Below, piece by piece: positions 10,326-18,863 of a stretch of 64,000 nucleotides of DNA. The first letter of the stretch is position 1; each line of letters begins with the position of its first letter. The stretch covers positions 64,001-128,000 of IMG/VR virus record IMGVR_UViG_3300035498_000530. The stretch is one strand, 5' to 3'. This stretch comes from a virus. Lineage: Duplodnaviria > Caudoviricetes. The notes beneath the pieces were generated by a model, which saw only the letters and a list, made by a program, of their open reading frames with translations, was not told where the DNA came from and did not search any database. The translations under genes and the position numbers were made by a program.

Positions 10326-10837
10326 AATTGATCATCCTTTCTATCTTCATCTTCTTCATAAATTATAGACATTGCTGATTCAATATCAAGACTAAAAATA
10401 TCAGTTTTATCTTGATATATAATTGGATATACAACTACAGACCTAATAACACAATCGTATTCGGGATGAGCATCACTAAATATATCTTTATTATGATTGT
10501 ATAATGCTATTGCTTCTGTTTTTGCTTCGTGCAGTGATGTGTAAATATCAGTACTATGACAAACAAAAGTACCCTGTCTAAATCCATCTACATGAAATAC
10601 TTCTGTAAATTGCCCAAAATAGTAAGTATTTGATTCTGGTTCCAGAAGCATTATAGTTTTAATAGAAGATTCATCATCATCCCATCTATCGGACTCTTTT
10701 AAATACTCTATTAATTTTTCTTTAGACTCAGAGAAACAATCAACAAGTCCATATACATTATTATACATTTTATGATAATGAATATAGAATAACTTTCTTT
10801 TGATTTCTCTTACATTGTCCTTGGTTTCAGCATCCAT
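10304..10837 (-). CDS. Hypothetical protein, family C (one SESKE domain)
   Basis: FSESKEKLIEYL...LEPESNTYYFG. Confidence 0.8.
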   Translation of the reverse strand: MDAETKDNVREIKRKLFYIHYHKMYNNVYGLVDCFSESKEKLIEYLKESDRWDDDESSIKTIMLLEPESNTYYFGQFTEVFHVDGFRQGTFVCHSTDIYTSLHEAKTEAIALYNHNKDIFSDAHPEYDCVIRSVVVYPIIYQDKTDIFSLDIESAMSIIYEEDEDRKDDQLWDSDLR

Positions 10838-10839
10838 AT

Positions 10840-11751
10840 TTAATCATCCTTTCTATTATATCCAGTTGTAAAATAATTGTAACGTTGAAAATGATAAATG
10901 CCATCTTCTTTGAATTTAACGCTTCTGTATAAATATATACATTTATACATATACTCGACTCTTTCATATCTAGAATCGCATTTACCATAAAAATTATCCA
11001 TAATCCTTTTGGTATCCTTTATTGCTTCTCTATATGAAACATATATGGTTGGAGACCAAGCGCTAACAATAGGATCATCATCTTCACTAGTATTTGAATA
11101 CCAATGGCTTTCTGTAATAAAATATGATGATGATTCTGGAACTCTTATAGTACTTATATAGCTATCATTATAATAACCATCAATATTATTACGTTTATCT
11201 GTAAGATACTCTATTAATTTTTCTTTAGATTCTGACATTACTCTGCATGCATCTCTAAAATAAATATAAAAAGTTTTAATTTTATTATCATCTACATTAT
11301 CATCGTAATCCAGGAGTTCAATATTACTATCTTCATAATAGTCTCCAATTTCTTCAGAATGAACTTTAGATATTATAATAACAGTTTTATATGCTTCCTT
11401 TCCTTCCTTAAAATGATTATTATACAATTCATTAGATTTGACTTTTGCATAATCATAATCTGTATATACATTATCATAATAGTTCAAAGCATCACAATTA
11501 TCAGAACATATTGTATTCCAATAAACTGCCTCTGTATATCCTGACTGATAATAAGTTTCAGCTTCAGGAAGATATATTGTTTCTACAATAGGATTATCCA
11601 CACACTGCAGAAGATTTGATACTTGATCTTCTGATTTGCATATAAATCTCACTCGCCTACCAGAAACAACATTAATTCCCTTTTCATATATTGCATAAAG
11701 CATCTCTACGCAATTATTCTTTATTGGATTGGTTTTTCTTTCTTCTTCCAT
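10840..11751 (-). CDS. Hypothetical protein, family C (two domains)
   Basis: KSEDQV...LPEAETYYQSGY and MSESKEKLIEYL...VPESSSYF. Confidence 0.85.
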   Translation of the reverse strand: MEEERKTNPIKNNCVEMLYAIYEKGINVVSGRRVRFICKSEDQVSNLLQCVDNPIVETIYLPEAETYYQSGYTEAVYWNTICSDNCDALNYYDNVYTDYDYAKVKSNELYNNHFKEGKEAYKTVIIISKVHSEEIGDYYEDSNIELLDYDDNVDDNKIKTFYIYFRDACRVMSESKEKLIEYLTDKRNNIDGYYNDSYISTIRVPESSSYFITESHWYSNTSEDDDPIVSAWSPTIYVSYREAIKDTKRIMDNFYGKCDSRYERVEYMYKCIYLYRSVKFKEDGIYHFQRYNYFTTGYNRKDD

Positions 11752-11835
11752 AATTTGTCCTTTCTTGTACTTATTGTACTTATGTATTATTTAATGACTC
11801 AACATAATTGTCATATTATACAAATCTATAATATA
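11752..11835 (-). promoter_or_regulatory. Conserved early promoter + structured 5' leader, copy 3
   Basis: TATATTATA; AUGAC-AAUUAUGUUGA-GUCAU; AAUAAUACAUAA; GUAC-AAUAA-GUAC; AAGAAAGGA. Confidence 0.8.
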
Positions 11836-11868
11836 TAGTCATATGGTATTTAAATTATAAAAAATAAA

Positions 11869-11894
11869 ACCCTAGTAGAATGAACTACTAGGGT
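11869..11894 (-). terminator. Intrinsic terminator (CCCTAGTAG family)
   Basis: ACCCTAGTAG-AATGAA-CTACTAGGGT, same core as 8443-8466. Confidence 0.85.
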
Positions 11895-11902
11895 ACTTTT
11901 AT

Positions 11903-12334
11903 TTAGTCTTCGATAGTGCTTATAGTTTCAAGAACATAAGCATCTTCTCCTCTGCCTTTGATAAGCATATATAATGTTTTCTCTGATGATTGCAATTCAT
12001 ATGTCTGATTTTGTCTGCAAAACATACCTTTATTATTTCTATAAAGATCTTCAAGATTCTCTTTAGATTTAGTAGATAATATGCAGATATTTCCATAATA
12101 TGGAATAAATTTTTCGTCTCCTTCATCATTAGAGACCCATTCAGCATATTCAGCTTGATAATATGCATCTTGTTCTGGAAGTCTCAAAGTTATTAATCTT
12201 TTATTAATATCTTCTTGATTCTTCCATCTTTTGCTTATATATTGATATACTAGTTCTTTTGACTCAGACATGTATCTTACAAGGCCTCCGTCATTATAAG
12301 CATAAAATATCTTTGAATTTCTATCAAATAACAT
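11903..12334 (-). CDS. Hypothetical protein, family C (one domain)
   Basis: YMSESKELV...LRLPEQDAYYQAEY. Confidence 0.8.
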   Translation of the reverse strand: MLFDRNSKIFYAYNDGGLVRYMSESKELVYQYISKRWKNQEDINKRLITLRLPEQDAYYQAEYAEWVSNDEGDEKFIPYYGNICILSTKSKENLEDLYRNNKGMFCRQNQTYELQSSEKTLYMLIKGRGEDAYVLETISTIED

Positions 12335-12336
12335 AA

Positions 12337-13218
12337 TTAGTTATCCTCTTTTCTTATTACTTTACTAAGACTCTTATAGTTGTTAAGACAATAAAAGCCG
12401 TCTCCATCTTCTTCATATGAATATATAGTCACGTTACCAAAAAGATATTTGTATTTATTAGAAGTAATTTTATTATCTTCATAAATATCAAATGCTCTTC
12501 TTTCTGCTTCAGCGGCTGATAAACAAACGTTAGTATTATAAGATTTAGACATAACAGGATTTTTACCAAAACTAAACCATTCTTCATAGCATCCTATATA
12601 ATAAATATCACTACTTGGAAGTTTCAATTCAATTATTGCATCTTTATTGATGTTATTCCAACTTGATATTTCACTAATAAGATCTTCTTTAGACTCTGAC
12701 ATTATTCTTATTACACCCTGTTCAACATAAGCATAAATCGTTTTAAAATCTTTATTATCAGTATCCTTTTTATCATCTATATATTCAGTATTAGTAACTG
12801 CATAGTATTCCCCAATATAGCGAGTATTTACTTTGGATATTGTGTTTATTACATTATATGACTCTACTCCTTCTTTAGAATGATCATTATATAATCTTTC
12901 ACCATCCATTACAGCATCATTATAGTTTGCATATACATCACCATAATATTCAATAGTATCACGAACATAATCTCTATTTACTTTACGATAAATTACTTCA
13001 TGATATCCCGCCTGATAATATACATCTGATTTTTGAAAGTGGAGTTTCATAGCACATAAATTTTTATTTCTCAACAGTTTAAATGCCTGATCCTCTGAAT
13101 CACTTAAATATTTGATTTTAAAGTGACCTTCTGATAATGAATAACGTACTACATAATCATCTTTAGTTTCATTTGCATTTTCGTTTTCATTAACTTTCAT
13201 TTCTTCATTTTCTTCCAT
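12337..13218 (-). CDS. Hypothetical protein, family C (two domains)
   Basis: Colinear paralog of 10840..11751 (SEDQ...YYQAGYHE; MSESKED...LPSSDIYY). Confidence 0.85.
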   Translation of the reverse strand: MEENEEMKVNENENANETKDDYVVRYSLSEGHFKIKYLSDSEDQAFKLLRNKNLCAMKLHFQKSDVYYQAGYHEVIYRKVNRDYVRDTIEYYGDVYANYNDAVMDGERLYNDHSKEGVESYNVINTISKVNTRYIGEYYAVTNTEYIDDKKDTDNKDFKTIYAYVEQGVIRIMSESKEDLISEISSWNNINKDAIIELKLPSSDIYYIGCYEEWFSFGKNPVMSKSYNTNVCLSAAEAERRAFDIYEDNKITSNKYKYLFGNVTIYSYEEDGDGFYCLNNYKSLSKVIRKEDN

Positions 13219-13306
13219 AATCTTGTCCTTTCTTGTACTTATTGTACTTATGTATTATTATTTAGCTCAACATAATTGCCATATTATTATACAGATCTAT
13301 AATATA
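13219..13306 (-). promoter_or_regulatory. Conserved early promoter + structured 5' leader, copy 4
   Basis: TATATTATA; UGGC-AAUUAUGUUGA-GCUA (G-U pair); AAUAAUACAUAA; GUAC-AAUAA-GUAC; AAGAAAGGA. Confidence 0.8.
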
Positions 13307-13374
13307 TAGTCAAAGTATATTTAAATTATAAAAAATAAAAGACTGCCATAAGACAGTCTTTATTTATTAATCAA

Positions 13375-14553
13375 TCAGTAATGTACATTATACATATTCT
13401 CATAATCCCGAACAATACTATCCATGAAAATTAATTTTTTCTTTTCTTTGTTTAAATATGTATTATTATTAAAATACAACTTATCATACATCTCATCAGA
13501 AATTGTATCTTTGATTGATTCTTCATATTCTTTCATTACCCTATAGCACTCCTTATAAAGTTCTATTAATCCCTTTCTAATACCAGAATTATAATCTTTA
13601 TCAAAAAGACTAATGTTTGATATAATATAAATCATTTCATCAATAAACTTTGTCATATCTTCAAAATTAACCCTATTTATTATTACAGGCATTGAATTTT
13701 CTGATGATGGCTGCTTTACTACATATCTATGATGCTTATAAATCAATATAGCCTCAACCAATGCGTATATATATGTCAGCATAGCATTTAAAGACTCTTC
13801 ATCATGTAAACCACGACTTTCATTAAAATAACTCTGTATTTTGTTAGCATCTATTGTAGGTTTTGGTTTATTGTTTAATGAAAAAGGATCATAGTAATCT
13901 GGTGCTGGATGCATTATAGTATTGTATATATCAGTATGCTCAGATTCTGATATTTCAATATATGAATGAAAACTAATAACCCATTTAAAATTAAGCGGAT
14001 TTCTCTTAGTAAATTTCTCAAATATATTATCAAAATGTATATGTATATATCTTTGAATAATACTAGGAGCCATGTATGCAAAGATTGACATAAAAGCGGC
14101 AGAAGAATTAGTTATTTCATCTTTCTTATAATTTTCATAATTTCTTATATTGGTATATCTAATATTATTTGGATTGATCAAATTACGAGCTATATTAGTA
14201 TAGAATATATTGGATCGATTATCATTTATCAATCTATCCTGTAAATAATTAAAAAATCCATCAGGATCACGATAATTAGATTTATTGTATTCATAGTGGT
14301 ATCTAATAAATTCATCATCTGAAACAGAATACAGCATTTTAAACTCTTTAGAATCCACATTATCTTTAATAGTATTTATAAATTCTATAAAATAATTATA
14401 AACTATTGGATCATCAGACATATATGGTTCTACGTACTTCCAAATACTGTCTACATCATTTTTACGATATATCATATTTGCAATATCTCGTGTAAATTTG
14501 TAATACAGTGTTGAACTTGTCATGATACTAAAAATAGTTTTCTTTTCTTCCAT
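13375..14553 (-). CDS. Hypothetical early protein, probable family B
   Basis: KFTRDIANMIY and APSIIQRY resemble family B motifs. Confidence 0.8.
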   Translation of the reverse strand: MEEKKTIFSIMTSSTLYYKFTRDIANMIYRKNDVDSIWKYVEPYMSDDPIVYNYFIEFINTIKDNVDSKEFKMLYSVSDDEFIRYHYEYNKSNYRDPDGFFNYLQDRLINDNRSNIFYTNIARNLINPNNIRYTNIRNYENYKKDEITNSSAAFMSIFAYMAPSIIQRYIHIHFDNIFEKFTKRNPLNFKWVISFHSYIEISESEHTDIYNTIMHPAPDYYDPFSLNNKPKPTIDANKIQSYFNESRGLHDEESLNAMLTYIYALVEAILIYKHHRYVVKQPSSENSMPVIINRVNFEDMTKFIDEMIYIISNISLFDKDYNSGIRKGLIELYKECYRVMKEYEESIKDTISDEMYDKLYFNNNTYLNKEKKKLIFMDSIVRDYENMYNVHY

Positions 14554-14643
14554 AATCTTATCCTTTCTTATATCTTCTTAAGATACCTATGTATTATTTA
14601 ATGACTCAACATAATTGTCATATTATTATACTACTATAATATA
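14554..14643 (-). promoter_or_regulatory. Conserved early promoter + structured 5' leader, copy 5
   Basis: TATATTATA; AUGAC-AAUUAUGUUGA-GUCAU; AAUAAUACAUAG; GUAUCUU-AAG-AAGAUAU; AAGAAAGGA. Confidence 0.8.
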
Positions 14644-14710
14644 TAATCATGTATACTAAAAATAACAAAAAATAAAACCCTAGTATTAATTACTAGGGTT
14701 ATTATCTTGT

Positions 14711-15253
14711 TTAAACTGATTCTTTTTCAGTTAATAATCTTAATCTGATTTCTCTCATCTTATCTGCACTCAACTCAGGTTTAGAATAACTGCTTATATT
14801 TATATTATCAAATAATCCAATAGCAAGTTGTAAATCTTGTTCATAAGTATATTCATCTTTTTCAATATCAGATTGGTACTTCTCTTGGTTGTGCACATGA
14901 TGTTCCTTAAGAAGTATTAATGTAATCCCTCTTAAAACATTTTCAACTATATTACCATAAATAATATGATAATCGCTAGGTAAATTTTCTTTAACTTTAC
15001 TTACAAGAATATTATGTAATTTAGTTATGCCTTCATCTGTAAACATATCATCAATGTTTCTATCTTTTGACAAATAATGAAAAATATATAATTCCTTTAA
15101 TCTATTTTCATAAATCTCAATAGTATTATTGATACATTGTTCTACTTCAGCCTTGATATATTCATCAAAATTAATTTGTTCAGTTAATCCACGTCTAATA
15201 CGTTCAATTGATTCTTCGCTTAATTTTCCATTACACATGTTTTCTTTATTCAT
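14711..15253 (-). CDS. Hypothetical early protein (start corrected to MNKENM at 15253)
   Basis: The SD AAGAAAGGA and the conserved leader sit just upstream of ATG 15253; the track start (15277) falls inside the leader hairpin. Confidence 0.8.
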   Translation of the reverse strand: MNKENMCNGKLSEESIERIRRGLTEQINFDEYIKAEVEQCINNTIEIYENRLKELYIFHYLSKDRNIDDMFTDEGITKLHNILVSKVKENLPSDYHIIYGNIVENVLRGITLILLKEHHVHNQEKYQSDIEKDEYTYEQDLQLAIGLFDNINISSYSKPELSADKMREIRLRLLTEKESV

Positions 15254-15340
15254 AACTTTTTCCTTTCTTGTACTCATTTGTACCTATGTATTATTATTTA
15301 GCTCAACATAATTGCTATATTATTATACTACTATAATATG
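15254..15340 (-). promoter_or_regulatory. Conserved early promoter + structured 5' leader, copy 6
   Basis: CATATTATA; UAGC-AAUUAUGUUGA-GCUA; AAUAAUACAUAG; GUAC-AAAUGA-GUAC; AAGAAAGGA. Confidence 0.8.
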
Positions 15341-15369
15341 TAATCATTGTAATTATATTTAACAAAAGA

Positions 15370-15404
15370 TATCCCTAAGGAATTTACTATGTTCCTTAGG
15401 GATA
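15370..15404 (-). terminator. Intrinsic terminator
   Basis: TATCCCTAAGGAA-TTTACTATG-TTCCTTAGGGATA; core repeated at 25847-25875. Confidence 0.8.
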
Positions 15405-15409
15405 AATGT

Positions 15410-15742
15410 TTAGTCGTCTTTAAATGCTACATTTAGAATTCTTAGTCTTACTGTCTCATAATACTTAATAAGCATATTTTTTCCATATCTTACTTCCATG
15501 GTTTCAATATCTTCTATAAATTTTCTTTTTACGTTATATATGATTCTGTTAGCAACAGATTCATCTAATCCAAAATCTCTAGCTAATATCATTAGTTCTC
15601 TATCCTGAGATTTAAAATCATGTGTAGTCATAGAGTTTAACTTCTCTTGAGAATATGACATATTAGCTCTTTTATTTTTATCATAATATTGATCTGGTCC
15701 GTATGTATAATCATATTGAATTGAACCATAATGGGTCGACAT
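15410..15742 (-). CDS. Hypothetical protein
   Basis: 110-aa ORF in an operon with thyX. Confidence 0.75.
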   Translation of the reverse strand: MSTHYGSIQYDYTYGPDQYYDKNKRANMSYSQEKLNSMTTHDFKSQDRELMILARDFGLDESVANRIIYNVKRKFIEDIETMEVRYGKNMLIKYYETVRLRILNVAFKDD

Positions 15743-15744
15743 AC

Positions 15745-16200
15745 TTATACCTCCGATGTGTTATTTTCGACTATCAAGTCAGTTACTCCTAAATATATGT
15801 AATGAGCAATTATATCAAATGGATCACTAAAATACATAAATAATACAGTTAATATCTGATCTGATATTCTATATTTAACACGACTGAGGACTTGCTTTCG
15901 AAGATCCATTTCATCTTCTTCTGTAAGATATTCTTTATTCTGAATCGTCGTAGGATTCAATATTAATACTTCTTTTATAGATTCATCTACAATAAGCTTT
16001 ATATATTCTATAGTATTCTTATATCCTTGAACTATATCAAGCTGAGATACCATAGTATTAGATGTATATATAGCTTTTCTCTCAAAGAATAATGAGATAA
16101 GAGCTTTTCCAATGAAGTACATTCCTGTATATAATATTACAAAGAATACTATCATCATAATAGCCATAAATATCTGGTAATTAAGCATCGTATATGTCAC
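15745..16200 (-). CDS. Hypothetical membrane-anchored protein
   Basis: N-terminal hydrophobic helix IFMAIMMIVFFVILYTGMYFIG. Confidence 0.75.
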   Translation of the reverse strand: MTYTMLNYQIFMAIMMIVFFVILYTGMYFIGKALISLFFERKAIYTSNTMVSQLDIVQGYKNTIEYIKLIVDESIKEVLILNPTTIQNKEYLTEEDEMDLRKQVLSRVKYRISDQILTVLFMYFSDPFDIIAHYIYLGVTDLIVENNTSEV

Positions 16201-17341
16201 CTCCTAATGATCTTATGTATGGAGTTAATACTTTATCTAAAGACAAAGCATACTTTCTTATCTCATCCTGAGCATGTGGATCTGTTCTTAACTCTATAAA
16301 CTTCTTATAATTACCCAAAGTCATAGTCATATACAATTCATAACAGTTTGTATTATTAAGAAGTACTGCTCTAGCATCTTCTTTTTTAATACCCTGTGAT
16401 ACTAAATTTGAATAATTATTAGTAGCATTGTAAAAGAGAAGATTACATAACTGACTGAATTCGAATTCTCCTTCAAGACCTTCAACACTATATAACTGTC
16501 CTTTATAAGCATCCGGATTAGGAACAGTAAATGAAGCATGAGAAGAATCTACATATCTCTGACTCTGCTGAGTAATACCATTTCTATGTCTTACTAATTG
16601 ATGAGTTGCTGTTCTAGAAGCATTAATGAATCTTACAGTTACAGTACTAGTATTAAGTATATCAAGTGGAAGATTTCTATATCTATTATTAGATATCTCA
16701 GAAAATGTAGTATCTCCTGATATAATCTCTACATACTTATCATCTACACCAAATAACTTCTTTCCTTCTTCTTTCAATTCTTCATTAAGCTTCTCTATAT
16801 CTTCTGGACTATATGTATTCAAGCTATCTGACTCTGAAAATACATCAAATTCACTAATCGGGAATGTTTCTGCATAATCAACAGATCCAAATAAATCTTT
16901 TCCCCATGATGTATTTTCTATTATAGCTATAAGCATTTCTTCTATAATTAAGCATATTGAATCATCATCATATAACTTTGAATCTGCATATACCATATTA
17001 AATAAATGGATATATCCTCTAATAGATCCACTTATAATAATAGATGCTAACAAATCTTCATTCTCATAAGAATAATCCTTCAACTGGAATACGTTAAGAT
17101 ATTTACAATATGTAAGTAATGTAATTATATCTTCCAAACACAAAGCATAAGAGATATCAACTCTCATAGATATATTAGAGTGCTCTAATACGCTAGTATG
17201 ACCACTCTTTATTCTTCTCTTAATATAATCAAGTTTACCTTCTCTATCCTCAGGTAATTTAGTATTATAGCATGATGAGCATGCCTTACTACAAATATCA
17301 ACAGCATCATTATATCCTAAAATCTCTATATCTACACACAT
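16181..17341 (-). CDS. thyX: FAD-dependent thymidylate synthase with a large central insertion
   Basis: GHTSVLEH; SRTATHQLVRHRNGITQQSQRY; EDARAVL; LRTDPHAQDEIR. Confidence 0.9.
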   Translation of the reverse strand: MCVDIEILGYNDAVDICSKACSSCYNTKLPEDREGKLDYIKRRIKSGHTSVLEHSNISMRVDISYALCLEDIITLLTYCKYLNVFQLKDYSYENEDLLASIIISGSIRGYIHLFNMVYADSKLYDDDSICLIIEEMLIAIIENTSWGKDLFGSVDYAETFPISEFDVFSESDSLNTYSPEDIEKLNEELKEEGKKLFGVDDKYVEIISGDTTFSEISNNRYRNLPLDILNTSTVTVRFINASRTATHQLVRHRNGITQQSQRYVDSSHASFTVPNPDAYKGQLYSVEGLEGEFEFSQLCNLLFYNATNNYSNLVSQGIKKEDARAVLLNNTNCYELYMTMTLGNYKKFIELRTDPHAQDEIRKYALSLDKVLTPYIRSLGGDIYDA

Positions 17342-17342
17342 A

Positions 17343-18089
17343 TTATTTATCCTCCCTTGATTCGTCTATTATACGTTTTATAATATCCATTACATATGAA
17401 TTGAAATAATCAGTAACTTCTCTATTTTCATCAAAACATGAAAGACTATCTACAAGCAATAGCATACTACGACCTGGAATCTTAGCATAGTCTTTTGAGT
17501 ATTCATGTATCATATAAAACTTTTCACTATAGTGATAGTCATATACTTTAGAAAGATAGTCAGTATTACTCTCTATCTTATCTAATTTATCTGTTCTAGC
17601 TTTCATTAATTCTAAAGCTTTATCATAACTTTGTCTAAGAAGAACTACAAGATTTGGTAATGGTATACCAAATTCATTGTGTTCCATATTAGTTATGATA
17701 TTATAATCTTCTATATCATTAGCTTGATATATTATATTTGATAAAGTCCATCTATCTGTAACTATGATAGCATTCGGATCTTCAAATATTTCTTTATTTT
17801 TCATAACAGTATCGAATCTATTCATACAATAAAAGTATGCTGGGATCTTGCCTGTAAATTCAGATGGATCTCCATATACTCCATTTACATAATTCCTTAC
17901 AAATATAGATTCTTCTGCTCCATATGTTATACTATTAAAGAGATATACCTTTGCCTCAGGATATATCTTTTTCAATAAACCTACAACAATAACTGCTATT
18001 GTTGATTTAAAACTGTAATCTGGACCTTCAAAGTCTATTATAGTAGCTTTACAATCTACCATAGGACTTGTAGATCTAGTATTTTCCAT
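17343..18089 (-). CDS. tmk: Thymidylate (dNMP) kinase
   Basis: P-loop EGPDYSFKST, TDRWTLSNIIYQ, PNLVVLL; adjacent to thyX. Confidence 0.8.
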   Translation of the reverse strand: MENTRSTSPMVDCKATIIDFEGPDYSFKSTIAVIVVGLLKKIYPEAKVYLFNSITYGAEESIFVRNYVNGVYGDPSEFTGKIPAYFYCMNRFDTVMKNKEIFEDPNAIIVTDRWTLSNIIYQANDIEDYNIITNMEHNEFGIPLPNLVVLLRQSYDKALELMKARTDKLDKIESNTDYLSKVYDYHYSEKFYMIHEYSKDYAKIPGRSMLLLVDSLSCFDENREVTDYFNSYVMDIIKRIIDESREDK

Positions 18090-18146
18090 ATAAATCGACC
18101 TCCATATTTTATATTTATTTTAAAGTTCTTCCAGTATTATATTATT

Positions 18147-18283
18147 AAACAAAGGAGCGCCCAGTAGACCGATCCTACTGGGCATAATTTGTAACAATAC
18201 ATACAAGAAAGGTTTAATGGAAATCTTATATTCCAACTTATGAAACTTAAGGGACATTTATGGACAATATTTTATTGACCCTC
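18147..18283 (-). ncRNA. Candidate trans-acting sRNA antisense to the conserved early leader
   Basis: Promoter AACA-TATAAG-TG (18294-18283); terminator stem 18159-18183; contains UUCCAU-UAAA-CCUUUCUU-G-UAUGUAUUGUU. Confidence 0.65.
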
Positions 18284-18312
18284 ACTTATATGTTATTAGT
18301 TTATAATATTTT

Positions 18313-18591
18313 ACAAAGTGTATCCCGTATGGGGTCATAACTTCCATACGGGATAGGAGAAATTGTATGCATGAACCATGCCATACCTGATACGCATTAA
18401 CCAATGGAATGGAAAATGTGTTTTTGTTGTAAGGTTTAATTTTATCGCAATCTCAGGAACAGAGTAGAATATGATATAGTATTGTGTATTTTTATATTGA
18501 TTTGAGGATTGTTATAAAACATGTATAAAAAGTAACAATAAAATTTTGTAAAATCTTTATACTATATCAATCTTCTGTTATATTAAACCTC
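18313..18591 (-). ncRNA. Candidate rod-shaped structured RNA (~280 nt)
   Basis: Promoter AACA-TATATT-TG (+1 at 18591); nested stems 18432-40/18582-90, 18472-81/18560-69, 18508-14/18533-39; terminator 18321-18355. Confidence 0.65.
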
Positions 18592-18621
18592 AAATATATG
18601 TTATTAGTGTATAATTTTTTA

Positions 18622-18838
18622 CAAAAGAAATCCCGTATGGCTCACAGGTACCATACGGGATATATCTAAGGAAAATAAGCAGCAAAATGGCAAGTCAAGT
18701 CGCTTTCCAAAGGGTGCACCTTTATATATTTACAAGGAATTTTTATTGAATAGAAATGTATTAGATTTGTAAAATTAAGTAAATGCTACAATACTACATC
18801 CTTACCGGAAGCAAGTCGGCTATTTTATACTTATCTTC
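18622..18838 (-). ncRNA. Candidate small RNA (~215 nt)
   Basis: Promoter AACA-TTTATT-TG (+1 at 18838); terminator 18630-18661 with the same TCCCGTATGG stem as 18321-18355; no ORF. Confidence 0.55.
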
Positions 18839-18863
18839 AAATAAATGTTATTCTTGTAATAAA

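Noticed and set aside
15254-15277. ORF-track start at 15277 (MSTRKEKV)
   Set aside because: That ATG lies in the loop of leader hairpin 2, upstream of the SD; 15253 fits the conserved spacing
6723-15404. Repeated intergenic blocks as a CRISPR array or integron attC sites
   Set aside because: Spacing is gene-sized and the repeats resolve into terminator + promoter + leader; no cas or integrase gene in the window
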